Shown: positions 23,285 through 35,921 of the stretch, piece by piece
Numbering within the stretch: the stretch's first letter is position 1
Layout of the letters: each line of letters opens with the position of its first letter
From: Penicillus capitatus
Lineage: Eukaryota > Plantae > Chlorophyta
DNA length: 64,000 bases
Assembly (NCBI GenBank): GCA_965649825.1
Contig: OZ287709.1
Span: 1-64,000, forward strand
Reading direction: 5' to 3'
Program-made: the position numbers and the translations under genes
Notes under the pieces: model-generated
What the model saw: only the letters and a program-made list of their open reading frames with translations
Databases searched by the model: none
What the model was told of the DNA's origin: nothing

Positions 23285-25631
23285 ATGCAGCTCATCTGCG
23301 TTTTGTTCTATCTCTGGGGGACGATTTTCGCTCTCTCCGAAGAACAACACTACAATTTTACGTCGGTGGAAGAAGTGATTCGCCGTCGGGAACGCATCGT
23401 CGAAGAAATTTCGGCAAAGGCTGAAGAACTCTATAACCAGCGACAGCGAATCGTCGAGGCATGTCGTTGTTCACGTCACGACTGCGCCACGGATTTCGGC
23501 GAAAACAATGTAATGGAATGCACATCAGAGCTGTTGTTTGAGACCTGTGAAGAGGGCTGTGGGGAAAGGCTTGTCAACTACAATAAAACCGTGGTTCGTA
23601 CACCGGACGCAACAAACCCCCGCGTTCTGAGTGCGAACATGAAACAGTCCATCTGTACATATGCCGATTTGGAGGAGGAATTCAAGAATGTCAAGTTCAA
23701 GCATGGATTAACCAATTCCTGGACGTATATTGGATTGCAGGATGGTCACTTTCGTACATGGCCAATGAGAGCGAGAGGTCGGGATCAAACGATCGATCAT
23801 CCTTACCTCGAAAGCTGTAAGCCTTATGATCCGAGACGACGGCCGTGGTACAGTGCGGCCTCGACTGGCCCAAAGGATGTTATATTGCTGGCGGACCGTT
23901 CTGTCTCAATGCTTGCCAGTTCTGGACACGCAAGTGTCGGCAATTCTCTGTGGGGAAGTGCTCAACGGGCACTCTTGAGTCTGATGGATACATTTATCTC
24001 CGCAGATTTCGTGAATGTCGTGCTCTTCTCCAGCGATGCCCAGGCATTATGGACAGGCGCTGCTCTGGCCGAGGCCAATCCTGAAAACAGACAGAAACTG
24101 CAGAAGAAGATTCGGGGAGCCACACCTTCCGGTTCAACAAACGTCGTTGCTGGATTTGAGAAGAGCATCGATCTCTTTATCAGAGGAATGAAGGAGGGCA
24201 CTTCTTCTAACTGCAGTCGGATCATCATTCTGCTGTCAGAAGGATCTGACACGCGACTTCGAACCTCAGAAGTGCTGAGCACCATCGAAGATCTGCAGAA
24301 GAAACTGGAGTCGGAAACGGGAACGCGCGCGTCTGTCTTTTCGTATTCTATCGGTCCTGAGGCAGACGAATCCCTGGCGCAACAGATCGCCTGTGCCAAT
24401 GAGGGACTTTGGGCACCCGTGCGTCGATACGAAGATCCATTGTCGGATATGAATAACTATATGGAAGGCATTGCTGTTTCGCGTGCCAAACAGGGTCCAG
24501 TTTGGGTCGATCCCTACGAAGATGCTGGTGGCCTCGGCCAAGTGACGACCGTGTCGAAACCTGTGTTCAGTCAAAGCAGCAAAGAACACATGTAACGCTC
24601 CGTGTCAGCATTTCTGCACAAGACGACAGGTGTATGTCTCACTCAGGCCACACTTGTTGGGTGTCGTTGGACACGATGTCCGGCTTGATGATCTGGTCGT
24701 TGGAGGTTACAACGCGGATGATATCCTCCAAGTCCTCGTCTTGAGAAGCCGCATCTGCACCAAACTTCAACTCAGTGCCTGCGATCTGCAGGTTCACCCC
24801 AACAATACACTCCCACGTGGCTGCTCGTTCAATTCGTTGTGGATCGGTGCGTAGGTATGGAGACTCTTTCAGTATCCTCATGCTCTGTGCCCAGACATTT
24901 ATCCGAATCACACATGCTATCAGTACAATGATCGATGGTACAGAAGATTCGAGTCGAGGATGAGTCAATATCATGCCAAGGCTTTCTGCGAAGAGATGAA
25001 TGGAACCTTGGCTCCCATTCGTTCAACAGAGCATCTGCATTTTCTCTCAGCCATTGCATCGGCTGACAAGTCATGGGTCGGCGGAAAACGTCAACTCGGC
25101 GTCGACCCCATTCGGTTTGTTTTTGATGAACCGTCCATACCTGCTATTGATCAGTACCATGAAGGATGGGCCACCAAACACCCTGGTGACTCAAGGGAGA
25201 CGTGCATGACGATCGATCACCGAAGCACCTCAAGAAACTTAGAGAGCGTAAAATGTGAAGATTACTTCGATTTCATCTGCGAGTTCACTGATGTCAAGTC
25301 GGCCGACTGCGATGGAGACAGTCTGGAAGTGACAGATGATGGAGGGCGACTGAAGACATTTAAAACGCCAGATCCAATAGATTGTCCACAGATGCAACGG
25401 GCACTGAGCGATCATCAGCCAGTGGAGGCTGCCAATGATTTGGCCTCGTCCGATGTCATCTGCGAGTTTGGCCCGCCTGTCTATCACGAAGATCTCTATT
25501 GCTGCGGGGACTGTCACCTCCATAATAACTCTCACAATATTTTGTCATCATCCAATGCTATGAAGCCGACCTTCCATCTTTGTTATTTGTTCTTTCTCAG
25601 TGCTCTGTCACTCTGGCTCTCTGTTTTGTGA
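23285..25631 (+). CDS. Secreted, probably GPI-anchored alpha2delta-like VWA/Cache protein with C-type lectin domain
   Basis: Signal peptide MQLICVLFYLWGTIFA, GHFRTWP, YDPRRRPWY, VWA start DVILLADRSVSM, WVDPYEDAGGLGQVTTVSKPV, a CTLD (FCEEMNGTLAPI, WVGG, CMTI, KCEDYFDFICE) and a hydrophobic C-terminus. Confidence 0.8.
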
Positions 25632-26274
25632 CAAGGGAAAGAGGAGAGTCGTGTTATGGACTTGTCTATAAAAGGGAATGCTTTGAAGGATGACAGTGAT
25701 TTAATAGTTGGGAATAGTGTCCAACAAGGCGGTTCGCGTGAGAATGACGTTCGGTGCGTCACGTCAATTACCAGTCGTCAACGACGCCGTGCCCTCAGTT
25801 GAGTTTGACTCTTGCGCTGTCACAGCTGTGCGTTGCTTCTACGGTCTCGGATGCTATCTGCGAACAATCGCTGAAGGAACAGTCGCTATCATATCCGTTA
25901 TTCAGTACAAAGCGAACGGTTGCCGGAGCGCCACTGCAGAGCCCCGGCTTCACGGCTGTGTGGAGTTCCTTTTTCTTCACTTCGACTCACTTTGTTCTTT
26001 CACACTCCGTCTTTCAAGTGCAGCGATTATTGAAAGACAAATTATCCTACAGAACGAACATAAATTCCCCAACGGAACCTCAAGAAACAAGGTAACGGTG
26101 TATGCGGGTTTGGCACGACAACCGAAAGGGAAGCAATGGCGGTCGGTGGGTGCTGTGGAGGACGAAAGCCGCGTCGCGCTGAGAAGCCGCGTTCTCTGTC
26201 GGGAATGTTGTCACAGTTGTCTGTCTGTTCAGGTTCGTATATTGTGTACACGTGTGTACGTGCGTGCATGCGCC

Positions 26275-27782
26275 ATGAGTGATGTTGTTGAAAGTCTGTT
26301 CGTGATGGAATCCGATCGCACAACTCCACGAACTCCGCCTTTGATGGAGACTCGCCCTTGCATGCCGGCCAAATCAACTCCTTATGTTAGACATCGCAAA
26401 ACATCATCTGGCCTGTGGAATCTGGACATGGAGAAGTTGATGGCATTTCCCGTCGAGGCATTGCCTCCAGACGAAGAAGTTGACCTGTCACATCACCTCT
26501 CAGACAAACTGCGGGTTCAGGATTGTATGAAAGTGGATGTTGAGCAGGATATCAACACAGCATGTCCACTCGAGAGACAGACGACAGCAGAGTCGGACTG
26601 TAGCGACGGTGTGGACACCACGGATGGTGGATCCATCTCATGGCCGCCCACCCCTTCTTGTAAGTACGCCTTGTGGCGCCTCTCATGCTTCTTGTTGCTA
26701 ACCGTCGTGGTGGTGGTTGATGGTTAGGTGGGAGTTATAGGATGAAGCTTGGCGATGATTATTATGATTCAGATCAGGAAACCATGATCGAGGACGAAGA
26801 ACTGTCATCTGCGGAATCAGCGTCGGAAGAAGATTTCGAAGCAATGCAGAAAGAATGGAATATGGATTGTACACTTCTAGGCGATGAAGCGTTGGAGGAG
26901 TTTCCATCATTCACATTTGATTTCTCGTCTCCGTTCCCTGATTCGGGCAGCGATCGCGAACTGCCCGACTACGTTGGCATTGCGCCCGATTCTGCTCTCA
27001 TGAGCATTCCAGAAGATTCAGAAGTTTGCCTAGACAAAACGGGAAAGCATGTTTCTGTCGAAGGCTCTTCTTCGACGGTGACAGTTCAACTGGAATGCAT
27101 TGAGCATGATGCTGCCGAATATATAATCGATGACACTGATGACGACAACGATGATGACGCATCTGACGAAGAGGAGGAGGAGAACATGACCAAGGTGGTG
27201 GCGGCAAAGTTGAGAAGCCATAAGGGGACTGAGTTGTTATTCGATAACAGTGGCAGAATCTCAGTCCATCAAACGGACGTCATGAGCAAGTCCATTCGCC
27301 AACCCATCCATCACGAGGAAGCAGTTGAAGCTATCCTCGCTGGTTCCACAAACCTTAGCAAGCAACAGATGATAACACATCGTCACCGAATTCGACACTC
27401 AAAACACGCAACAGTGACAGACTTCAGTGATCTGCTGTATAGGGAGAACGGTGAGAATACGGATAATTTGGTCGGCGACAGCAACCATGATAATGATGAC
27501 CGCGATTATGTCGAGAAGAAATTGGAAGTGGCCTGCGATGTTGTCCTGTCGGATATGAATGACATTGTCCGTTCGACCACTGACAGCAAACGGTTCCTTC
27601 AATCTGTCAAAGACGGAAAAGCGTCTGTCGGCTGTTGTGCTGGATTGAGGCGTATGCCTTCCTTTGGGAAGGCACGGCGTCGCATAGAAGCCATAGGACG
27701 TGTTCTTAAGAAACATTGGCCAGTCATTACCTCAGCTGTAGTCCCCATTGTACTATTCTTCTCTTGCAGAAGCAATAAATAA
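26275..27782 (+). CDS. Uncharacterized acidic low-complexity protein with C-terminal hydrophobic tail
   Basis: Two exons joined by an intron at about 26662-26727. The 346-aa D/E-rich second exon ends WPVITSAVVPIVLFFSCRSNK. Confidence 0.6.
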
Positions 27783-28063
27783 CTCCTCCTCCTCACTTCC
27801 TATTATCAGATTGGTGTTTTCGTTTTTCTTTTCCGCGAAGCTGTGACTCACTGAGTTGCACGGAAGACAAAAATTTCATTAACTTGAACAATTACGATCT
27901 ATCTAATAAGGACTGTCCATTGCCGCGGCCAGGGTCTCAACGCCCTGTGTTGGCTGAAAGGCAGAGATCTGAACTGTCTAATACATTCTAGTATAATAGA
28001 GTGGCAAGGGCATCGAGCATTGCATGTGGTCTGTTGTGACAGTCGAACGTTTCTCATGGACAT

Positions 28064-28210
28064 CAGCCTGTCAGTCAGTCAGCCTGTCAGCCAATCAGCC
28101 CGTCCGTCCGTCATCCAGTCCATCCAGTCCAGTCAGTCAGTCAGACAGTCGATCGGTTGGTTGGTTGGTTGGTTGGTTGGTCAGTAGCAGTCAACGCATC
28201 ATCATCATCT
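28064..28210. repeat. Compound microsatellite (CAGT, CCGT, GGTT, CAT units)
   Basis: Directly visible degenerate tetramer and trimer runs, including about 6 GGTT units. Confidence 0.9.
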
Positions 28211-29352
28211 CTTCAGTGATTCTTAATCAATCTCTTGTTGTTAAGCATCCCTGAAATAATCTCTTGGATGATAAAGAATGAAAAAAACAGATACTTTACC
28301 TGAGTGAGTGGGTGCCCCATCTCTCCGTATTGTTTTCTTCATACGTTCTTTGTGTTGTGTGTTTAAGTAATCGTCATTTGACGTCGTTTCTTTCTTTCTT
28401 TGAGACTGTCTGGGCGCTTGCGGAGCAATTTTGTCCGACTTCTCCAGTCTTCTGCATCGGCCACTTCTTGATTTTAGTATCTCTTAAATAAGGACTGCTC
28501 TATTCTGCACCAGTCCAAATCAAGTCCGTTAATTATCTATTCCCTCAGCTCTTGGCGTCATTGGTGTTTGTGGAGGAATATTCGTGATCATTAATACCCG
28601 TTGTTGTCGTTGTTGTTGTGGTTAGCGTTGTGTTGATGATGGTTCCCGTATTGATCACGTACTCGCCGCCTGAGCTCCGTTTTCTTATCTTACTACACGA
28701 TCGATTTGTTTCTTTGTTTGTGTGTGAGTGCGCGTAAACGAATAACACATGAAGTCGATGAGAAGGGCTCCCTAGATTCTTTACTAACCGTAGAGCCGGG
28801 ACAGACAGCCAGATAGCTAGCAGCCATACAGACAAAGAATGATCAGGATGACATGACTGGACCTTCAATCTATTGCAACAATAAAATGAAATCGATCTAT
28901 AAACCTGATCGATGCATCATCATCCCTAATGCCAAAGAGGGTTGGACGGCATCCATTCGTTGGAAAAGCTTCTCTGTGTTGCTGTTGTTGTCGTTGGCTT
29001 ACGAGTTGGGGGACTTATGTATAAACGGATCTTGCGGTTGAACTGAGAAACCGCAAACCATCAGTCATCTCTCGTTTTATGCTTTTTATCATGCGTATGA
29101 AGAAAAAGCATTGAATGTCCTAAAGAGAATGACGATCCGACTGAGTTTTTGTCACACCAGCACCACCCATACTACCACAGAATCGTTTTATTCATCGTGG
29201 GCTTGTAAGTCTGTTCAATACATGCCAGCCATTTGATATCAAGAAGAAGAAGAAGAAAACAAATACTCCGCCATTTATCGATCTCGGTCGCTATTTCGAT
29301 CTCGATCGTATTCTTGTCATCAAATGCTGATTTCTAGAATATCTATCTGTAG

Positions 29353-29937
29353 ACCGGAGAGCGGACATCTCATCAAACATCTCATGTCACTCATGAACGT
29401 CATCGAATAATTGCGGAAACGGCGACGACGACGACGGCGACGACGCAAACGAACGACGCTTCAACAAGACTCTTCCGCAACAGTCTGTCTTCTGTTCATG
29501 ACACAGACGTGCACACATCTGTACGTCAGTGCTGCAGATTCCTCGAAAAGACGTTCCATCAGCACTTTCATCCAGAAACATTGCCATCGAAGTCGACCAA
29601 TCGATCAGCGATCCAGCAAGACTGCGATCCCTCACCTTTCGAACAGGTCATCCTCAATGACAACAACAAGAGATCTCACTGGACACATCCTCATGGACAG
29701 ATCTGCTGTATAGGCATCTTCAGCATCGATGCTGCACAGTCTCTGTCGCGGCCGAAGATCCCAACGGTGCAGCATCGAAAGACATCTTGGAGAGATAGTC
29801 TGCCACGCCTGGGCACATTATCAGAGAGTCTCGTCACTCGTGTGAATGGAGATCGCGTTGTCGTTCGAACAAATCCTCTTTTCGACGATTCAGAAGAGCT
29901 TTTTGCAATGAACGTTAAACAGCGCAAGGGGCACTAA
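29353..29937 (+). CDS. Putative terminal exon of an unresolved gene
   Basis: Open frame from an acceptor-like CTGTAG| at 29353 to TAA 29937 (...VVVRTNPLFDDSEE...). I did not identify upstream exons. Confidence 0.3.
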   Translation, partial: TGERTSHQTSHVTHERHRIIAETATTTTATTQTNDASTRLFRNSLSSVHDTDVHTSVRQCCRFLEKTFHQHFHPETLPSKSTNRSAIQQDCDPSPFEQVILNDNNKRSHWTHPHGQICCIGIFSIDAAQSLSRPKIPTVQHRKTSWRDSLPRLGTLSESLVTRVNGDRVVVRTNPLFDDSEELFAMNVKQRKGH

Positions 29938-30528
29938 GTGACATGCCTCTTCATTTGTCTTTCATCCAAACGAACGAACATCCAATGAGTCGTGACGATG
30001 TTTACCAGGAAATGGCACATGTCTGGTAATGAAATCGAAGACTAAGTCGTCAAACTTGTAAGCATCCTTCAAAGCCGTGAGAACCCCACGAGACACAGAC
30101 AAAACAAGCCCATTGATAGCATTCGTATGATCAAATCCAACCAACCACATCTAGCGAAAGAGAAGGTCGAGAGAAAGGAAGCACTGTTGTCAAAAGAGAA
30201 AGTAAAGACCCGGGAGAGACCGTAACAGTTGGGGTCAGCTAGTTAGTTAGCAAAACCCTTCGGACGACAGATATCAAGGAAGAATAGAAGAAAAGAGAAT
30301 GGGTGGCGTTGATGTTGTCTCTGGGACCCAACAAACAGCAGCCGTACGTACGTATGTATTAAATATGTCGGGCCGTAAATCCTTAAAGGATGCCAACCAA
30401 GAACAGCAGAGGCTAGGATTCGTATATGTGTTCTCGTGATCCCTCCCCTATACTGAATGGACAACGAAACAATCAATAACTGCACGCAGGGGGAGGCACC
30501 GGATAATCAACAACAACAACGCGGTTGA

Positions 30529-32351
30529 TCAATTGAGTTGCTTTGCGACTTCATTGATGGCGGTCCATGTGCCAGAAACAGCGCAGGCGCATCCCAACGA
30601 GATCACTGAGTAATTCATGAGTTTTTCACTGTTCTTGATATCTGCTCCATAGAGCTTCATGTAGCAAAGAGAAGGGAAAATGACGCTGACGGTTAGGGTC
30701 AAAAATGATCCGACGATCGACATGAACTGTCCGAAGAATGGCACTTGAGTGGCCAGTAGTAAACAGCCCAGACCTAAGCCCGTGCGATTCAAACGCGCCA
30801 AATTTGCTGTCGGCCCTTTCATGCTCAGGTTCAACTTTTCTTCAACTCCTCGAGCAACCGGTTCCAATGTGAGTGCAAACTTGGAGAACGGTGAGACAAG
30901 TATGAGACTTGTCGCAAACAAGCTCAGCATTCCAGCAGGCAGATTGAGAGTGACTTCCTCCGCTGTCTGCGCTCCGTAGAGCAAATATCCAGCCGTCCCT
31001 AAACAATCATCACACTCCGTTTAATGGACTGTCGGCAACAGGCATGTATGTATGCATGTACCCATGAGAAGACATGTTGCTCCGACCAATATGTAAGTCG
31101 TGTTGAGCATCTTTGGATATTCCTCTTTGTTTTTCATGGAGCGATAGATCGAAGGAAAGACAGCGTGTCCTGCAAAGACGAATGCTAGCAGGCCAAAGGA
31201 ACCCGGCAAAGTCGACGCATTCAGCGGCACCGTTTGAGCAAAATCCATTCCGTTTTGCATCATTTCGTAGAGGACGCAGCCCGTAAGGCCAAGAGACGAC
31301 ATGAGGCCAAGAAGGCCAATACTGGAAAGCGCTCCCAGATCGGGTAGCCATGTCGTCGGAAGAAAGATACCCGCCGTCATGACCATGAGTTGCTCCTTAG
31401 ATGGGATATCTGCGTACGGAGCCATCACCTGAGAAAGTATAAAGTGTAAATGATCCCCTTCAAGGATAAAAAACAGCGCGCATGTTCCGATCAATTCAGC
31501 GTAAAGAACCTAAGAAGCAGAGCTAGATGACATGGGATCCCACAGTACATATGGATGTCGTGGCGTACGGCTGTGATAAACTGTCGACCTAGCTTTCCGT
31601 AAGCTGCCTCACCGATGTCTTCATAGCTTTGTAGGAGTCTCCCGGGCCCAAACGACGATGTGGATCCCTTAATGGCATCCTCTTCGTCTCGTATTCTGTT
31701 GACCTCTTGACATTTGACAAGAATCTGATAAGGCACAGATCATCATCATAAGAGCGATCTTGGATGCAAACGATCTGACTTTCCCAGTGTAATTCGTGCC
31801 TGTCCAGATAGCTGCCAAAACGCCAAGAGCTGCCCATCCGCCCTTAAGATAAGAAAGAGCGATCGACATCTCATTCTTTCGCATAAAGAGAGAGGTATTG
31901 TACTTCTTTGAGAGCGAAGGGGATAGACAAAAGACCCACACCCATAAGTATGTTGATGGCATTCATCAGTGCTTGATCGTAGCTCGAAGTGCCCGCTGCA
32001 CGAACACACACCCTCTGTGTGCGACTTCGCCATCGAGCCCATCGACGCACCGTCATCGTCTTCGACGGTCCGTTCTTCCGCCGCATCCCACTCAATCTGA
32101 TGCGACTTAGGACCCGTATTCGTTAGGGTTTCGACAGCCGTCGTCTCGGCTGCGACGCGCGTCGATTTCTTGTGGAGTGAGCCACGGAGTGCCACTTTTG
32201 TTCTTGGCTCTTGTCCCAATGGGTTAAATGTCAATGGCGACTGCACGACATGCGCTTCGTTGGTGCGTCCCTGAGTGCCGTGACGGATACGCGGCGTCGG
32301 CAAGTATTTGAACTCCGCCACGAACGAATGACCGACAGCGAGCGCGTTCAT
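30529..32351 (-). CDS. Amino acid transporter, AAAP/AVT1-like (spliced)
   Basis: ALMNAINILMGVGLLSIPFALKEGGW, SYEDIGEAAYG, FVFAGHAVFPSIY, SPFSKFALTLEP and VIFPSLCY motifs. Confidence 0.9.
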
Positions 32352-32555
32352 TTTGGCACGGATCAACAATCAAGCACAGAGCGCCAGAGCATGAAATCGC
32401 AAACGAACATACGAACAAACGATCCGACGGTCACTTCTCGTTTGCCTCGACAGTTACATCTCCTGATGGGATGGATGGATCGACGCCGTCGTCATGTCAA
32501 TCGATCTGGCGGTTGAGCGTCTTGCTGCTGTTGCCGTTGCTTCATTATCCTCATC

Positions 32556-35500
32556 ATGTCCGAACTCGACGCGTTTCGGGGGGCGGAGAACGAAGTGGGC
32601 GTCTCCATCTGGCGCATCGAAAATTTCAAACCGGTTCGTCAACCGAAGACAGACACGGGCCGCTTCTCTTCGGGTACGGACGGTCCCAGAGATCTCTTAC
32701 TCTCCCTCCGACAAAGCCAATGAAAATCTACTCTGACCACAGGAGACTCCTATATCGTGCTGAACGTTTTTGAACGTCACGGCGGCAAGAATTTCCATTT
32801 ACATTTTTGGCTGGGCAAGGAAACGACAAAGGTGAAGAGAGGACCCGCGGCAGCCACCTTAGAGATGCGTTGCTCTGCGTAGGATGAATCTGGAGCAGCA
32901 GCGTACTTGAGTGCAGGTCTAGACGAGCAACTCGGTGGTCGTCCCGTTCAGTATCGCGAGCTTCAGGGACAGGAATCAAACGAGTTCTTGCAGCTGTTTA
33001 AGAACGGCGTTCATTACGAAGCCGGAGGCGTGGCAAGTGGCTTCACCAAAGTTGAAGCTGAGAAACATGTGACGCGTCTACTGCATATACGCGGAACGCG
33101 AGGTGTCCGCGTCGCCGAGGTCCCCGTCAAAGTGGCGTCCTTGAATCATGGGGACTGTTTCGTGTTGGATGACGGATATGAACTCTTTCAATGGAATGGA
33201 AAAGGAGCGAGTGCTGTCGAGAAGGCCAAGGCACTGGATGTGACGATGTCTATCAAGAGCGAACAGCGCAAGGGAAAAGCCATGGTACATAACAGCGTCA
33301 CTCTTGCCGGTGATGTGACTGAAAAGACATATGTGCTTGAACAGATTCGGACATTGAATGATGGAGATGTCGACAGTGAAGACGCTAAGCATTTCTTCGC
33401 GTTGCTCGGCGCGACGAATCCAAAAACGGTCAAGATCGCGGACACGGTCTCCAAATCGACGGAAGCGCTCTTTCAGCCGGCAAAGCTCTACAAGGTGCTA
33501 TCCTGTCCAGGAGTTGGGATGTATGTCGTCTTTGTTTGACGGGATCGGTCGATGTTTAGGTGAATGAGGCGTCTTTTGCAGCAATTGCCGGATCTGGTGG
33601 AGGATTCCAGAAATCTGATCTCACTTCCGACAGTCTCTTTGTTCTGCATGCGAGTGGGAAGATCTATGTTTGGATCGGCAACGGTGTTAGTTCGGAACTG
33701 AAGAAAAAAGCAGTCGAGACGGGAACCGCCTTCCTTGAGCAAAACAAGCTGCCAGCAGATCTCCAGATTCAGGCACGTATCAGCGTTGAAGGAAAAGGGA
33801 ATGGAACGTCTGTGCAGGTGGTAAAGGAGAAAATGGAATCGCCAATGTTCAAAGACAGTTTTCAGAAGTGGGAAGAGCAAGATTTCAAGGACAAAGTGAA
33901 GGAAGCGAAAACAAAGCCAGAGAAAGCGGAGGTCCACTCTGTCGCTCAGGCAACACTGATAACGATCTCGATCATGCAAGCAGGTGGATATTGGAGCATT
34001 GGTTCAGGGAGCGACTGCACAAGCCACAAAGCAGATGGCTATCGATGATGGATCTGGCACCGTAAAGGTGTGGAGAATCGAAGAGTTTAAGATGGTAGAT
34101 TGGCCAGAGAACATGTACGGGCAGTTCTACGCTGGCGATTCCTACATTGTGAAATACACCTATAAGAAATCTGGTTGGTGTCACCACTGCAATCATCATC
34201 ACGAGAGACGGACTCTGACACTGTGATAGAGAAGGAGTATGTGCTGTTGTATTTCTGGCAAGGTAGAGATTCCAGTCAAGACGAGAAGGGTGCCTCTGCT
34301 TTGTTGGCTAGTGCCCTCGATGAACAAATGGGAGGATCGCCGACGCAGGTATGCTGTTCGAGAATCGTGTAAATGTATCTTAAGTGTGCAACACAGGTGC
34401 GTTTGGTCCAAAACAAGGAGCCAGATCATTTCTTCCAGATCTTCCGTGGTGGCGTGATTGTGAATCTGGGTGGATTGAATAACGCAGATGAAGGAAAGGA
34501 AGGGCCAAACAAAGAGCGCCTGTACCAGATCAAAGGATACAACGAGTATGACACTCATGCTGTTCAAGTCGAGATCTATCTCAATTGTCTAAATGTCATC
34601 TTCCACTTCTGTTGCTTTTAGGTTCGCACTGCAGCTTCTAGTCTCAATTCTGGTGACAGCTTCGTCGTGATCGACAGTAGCAGCGTGGTGGTGTGGCATG
34701 GGAAACTTTGCTCGGCGGACGAAAAGGCTTTTGCTTCGAAGATGGCAGAGAAGCTGGCCGAAGGCAAAGCGATCACGGTAGTCGACGAGGGAAGCGAAGA
34801 TGATGCATTCTGGGGAAAGCTTGGCGGCAAAGGAGAGTACCCAGATGTGGGAGATCTTCCGCCACCCACTCAACCTGCGAGACTCTTTCAGATCAACGAC
34901 TCGGCAACTGGAGGGCATGGTGTCACCGTGGTAGAGATCTTCGACTTTGATCAAGAGGATCTTTGCGACGATGATATTATGTTGCTGGATTCCTATAACG
35001 AGGTCCGTGTCATCGTTTTGTTCGAGGAATAGAATCTGTATGCTAATACTGTATGTAGATTTTCATCTGGGTTGGGCATAATTCCAGGGAGAATGAGAAG
35101 AAAGAAGCTATTGAACTGGCACGCAAGTACTTGGGAGAGCTCAACAAACAGAACGGACGAGATCTAGAAACGCCGATCACTGTGGTCTACTCTGGAAAGG
35201 AGTCTCCGACATTCACGTGCCATTTCCTGGGATGGGATGACACGCGGGCTGCCACATTCGAAGATCCATACACCGCAAAGCTCAAAGCCATGGAAGCACA
35301 GAAGGAAGACGAGAGCGAACTTGCCAAATTGGCAGAGGAACGTCGAAAGAAATTCACCGATCCTGTGGCAGCAAAAAAGGCTGCCTCATCATCCCCGACA
35401 GAACCTGCCACACCTCCTGTCCACGAAGAAGGCGCAGCAGCCACCACCCCTGCCGAGTATCGATTCAAACCTCTAGTGGATTTCTTCAGCCTCGAGGAAT

Positions 35501-35723
35501 TGAAGGTAGCCGTTTTGTTTCTTATCCCTGCGGATTGTGTTCTAATGCCTCCTTGCGTTGTTTGCAGAACATGAAGAGCGATTCAGGCATTGATGTGACA
35601 CGCAAAGAAGATTATCTATCAGATGAGGAATTTGCAGAAGTGATGGGAATGTCTCGTGCGGAATTCAGTAGTCTGGCGGTGTGGCGCAAGAAACAAAAGA
35701 AACAATCCATTGGCATCTTCTGA
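32556..35723 (+). CDS. VLN: Villin (gelsolin repeats + headpiece), multi-exon
   Basis: IWRIENFKP, GDSYIVL, FWLGKET, LNHGDCFVLD, VWRIEEF, FYAGDSY, LNSGDSF and headpiece EDYLSDEEFAEVMGM...WRKKQKKQSIGIF. Confidence 0.93.
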
Positions 35724-35921
35724 GTGAGTGCCCCTTTGCTTTTGCACAATGAACATGAAAACAGACATGAACTTGCATCACGGAAAATCGAATCATGCTG
35801 ATGTGTCCTTTCATTAAAGATTGCACGATTATGACGACCGACTCCATCCACAAACGACGACATGCATTCACAATTATAGCCGATTCATTTGGGGTAGGTG
35901 GTTCATCTCTGGGGCATCCGA

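Noticed and set aside
28291-28304. U1 snRNA-like ATACTTTACCTG
   Set aside because: It is an imperfect match with no U1 body. It is more simply the reverse complement of a splice donor.
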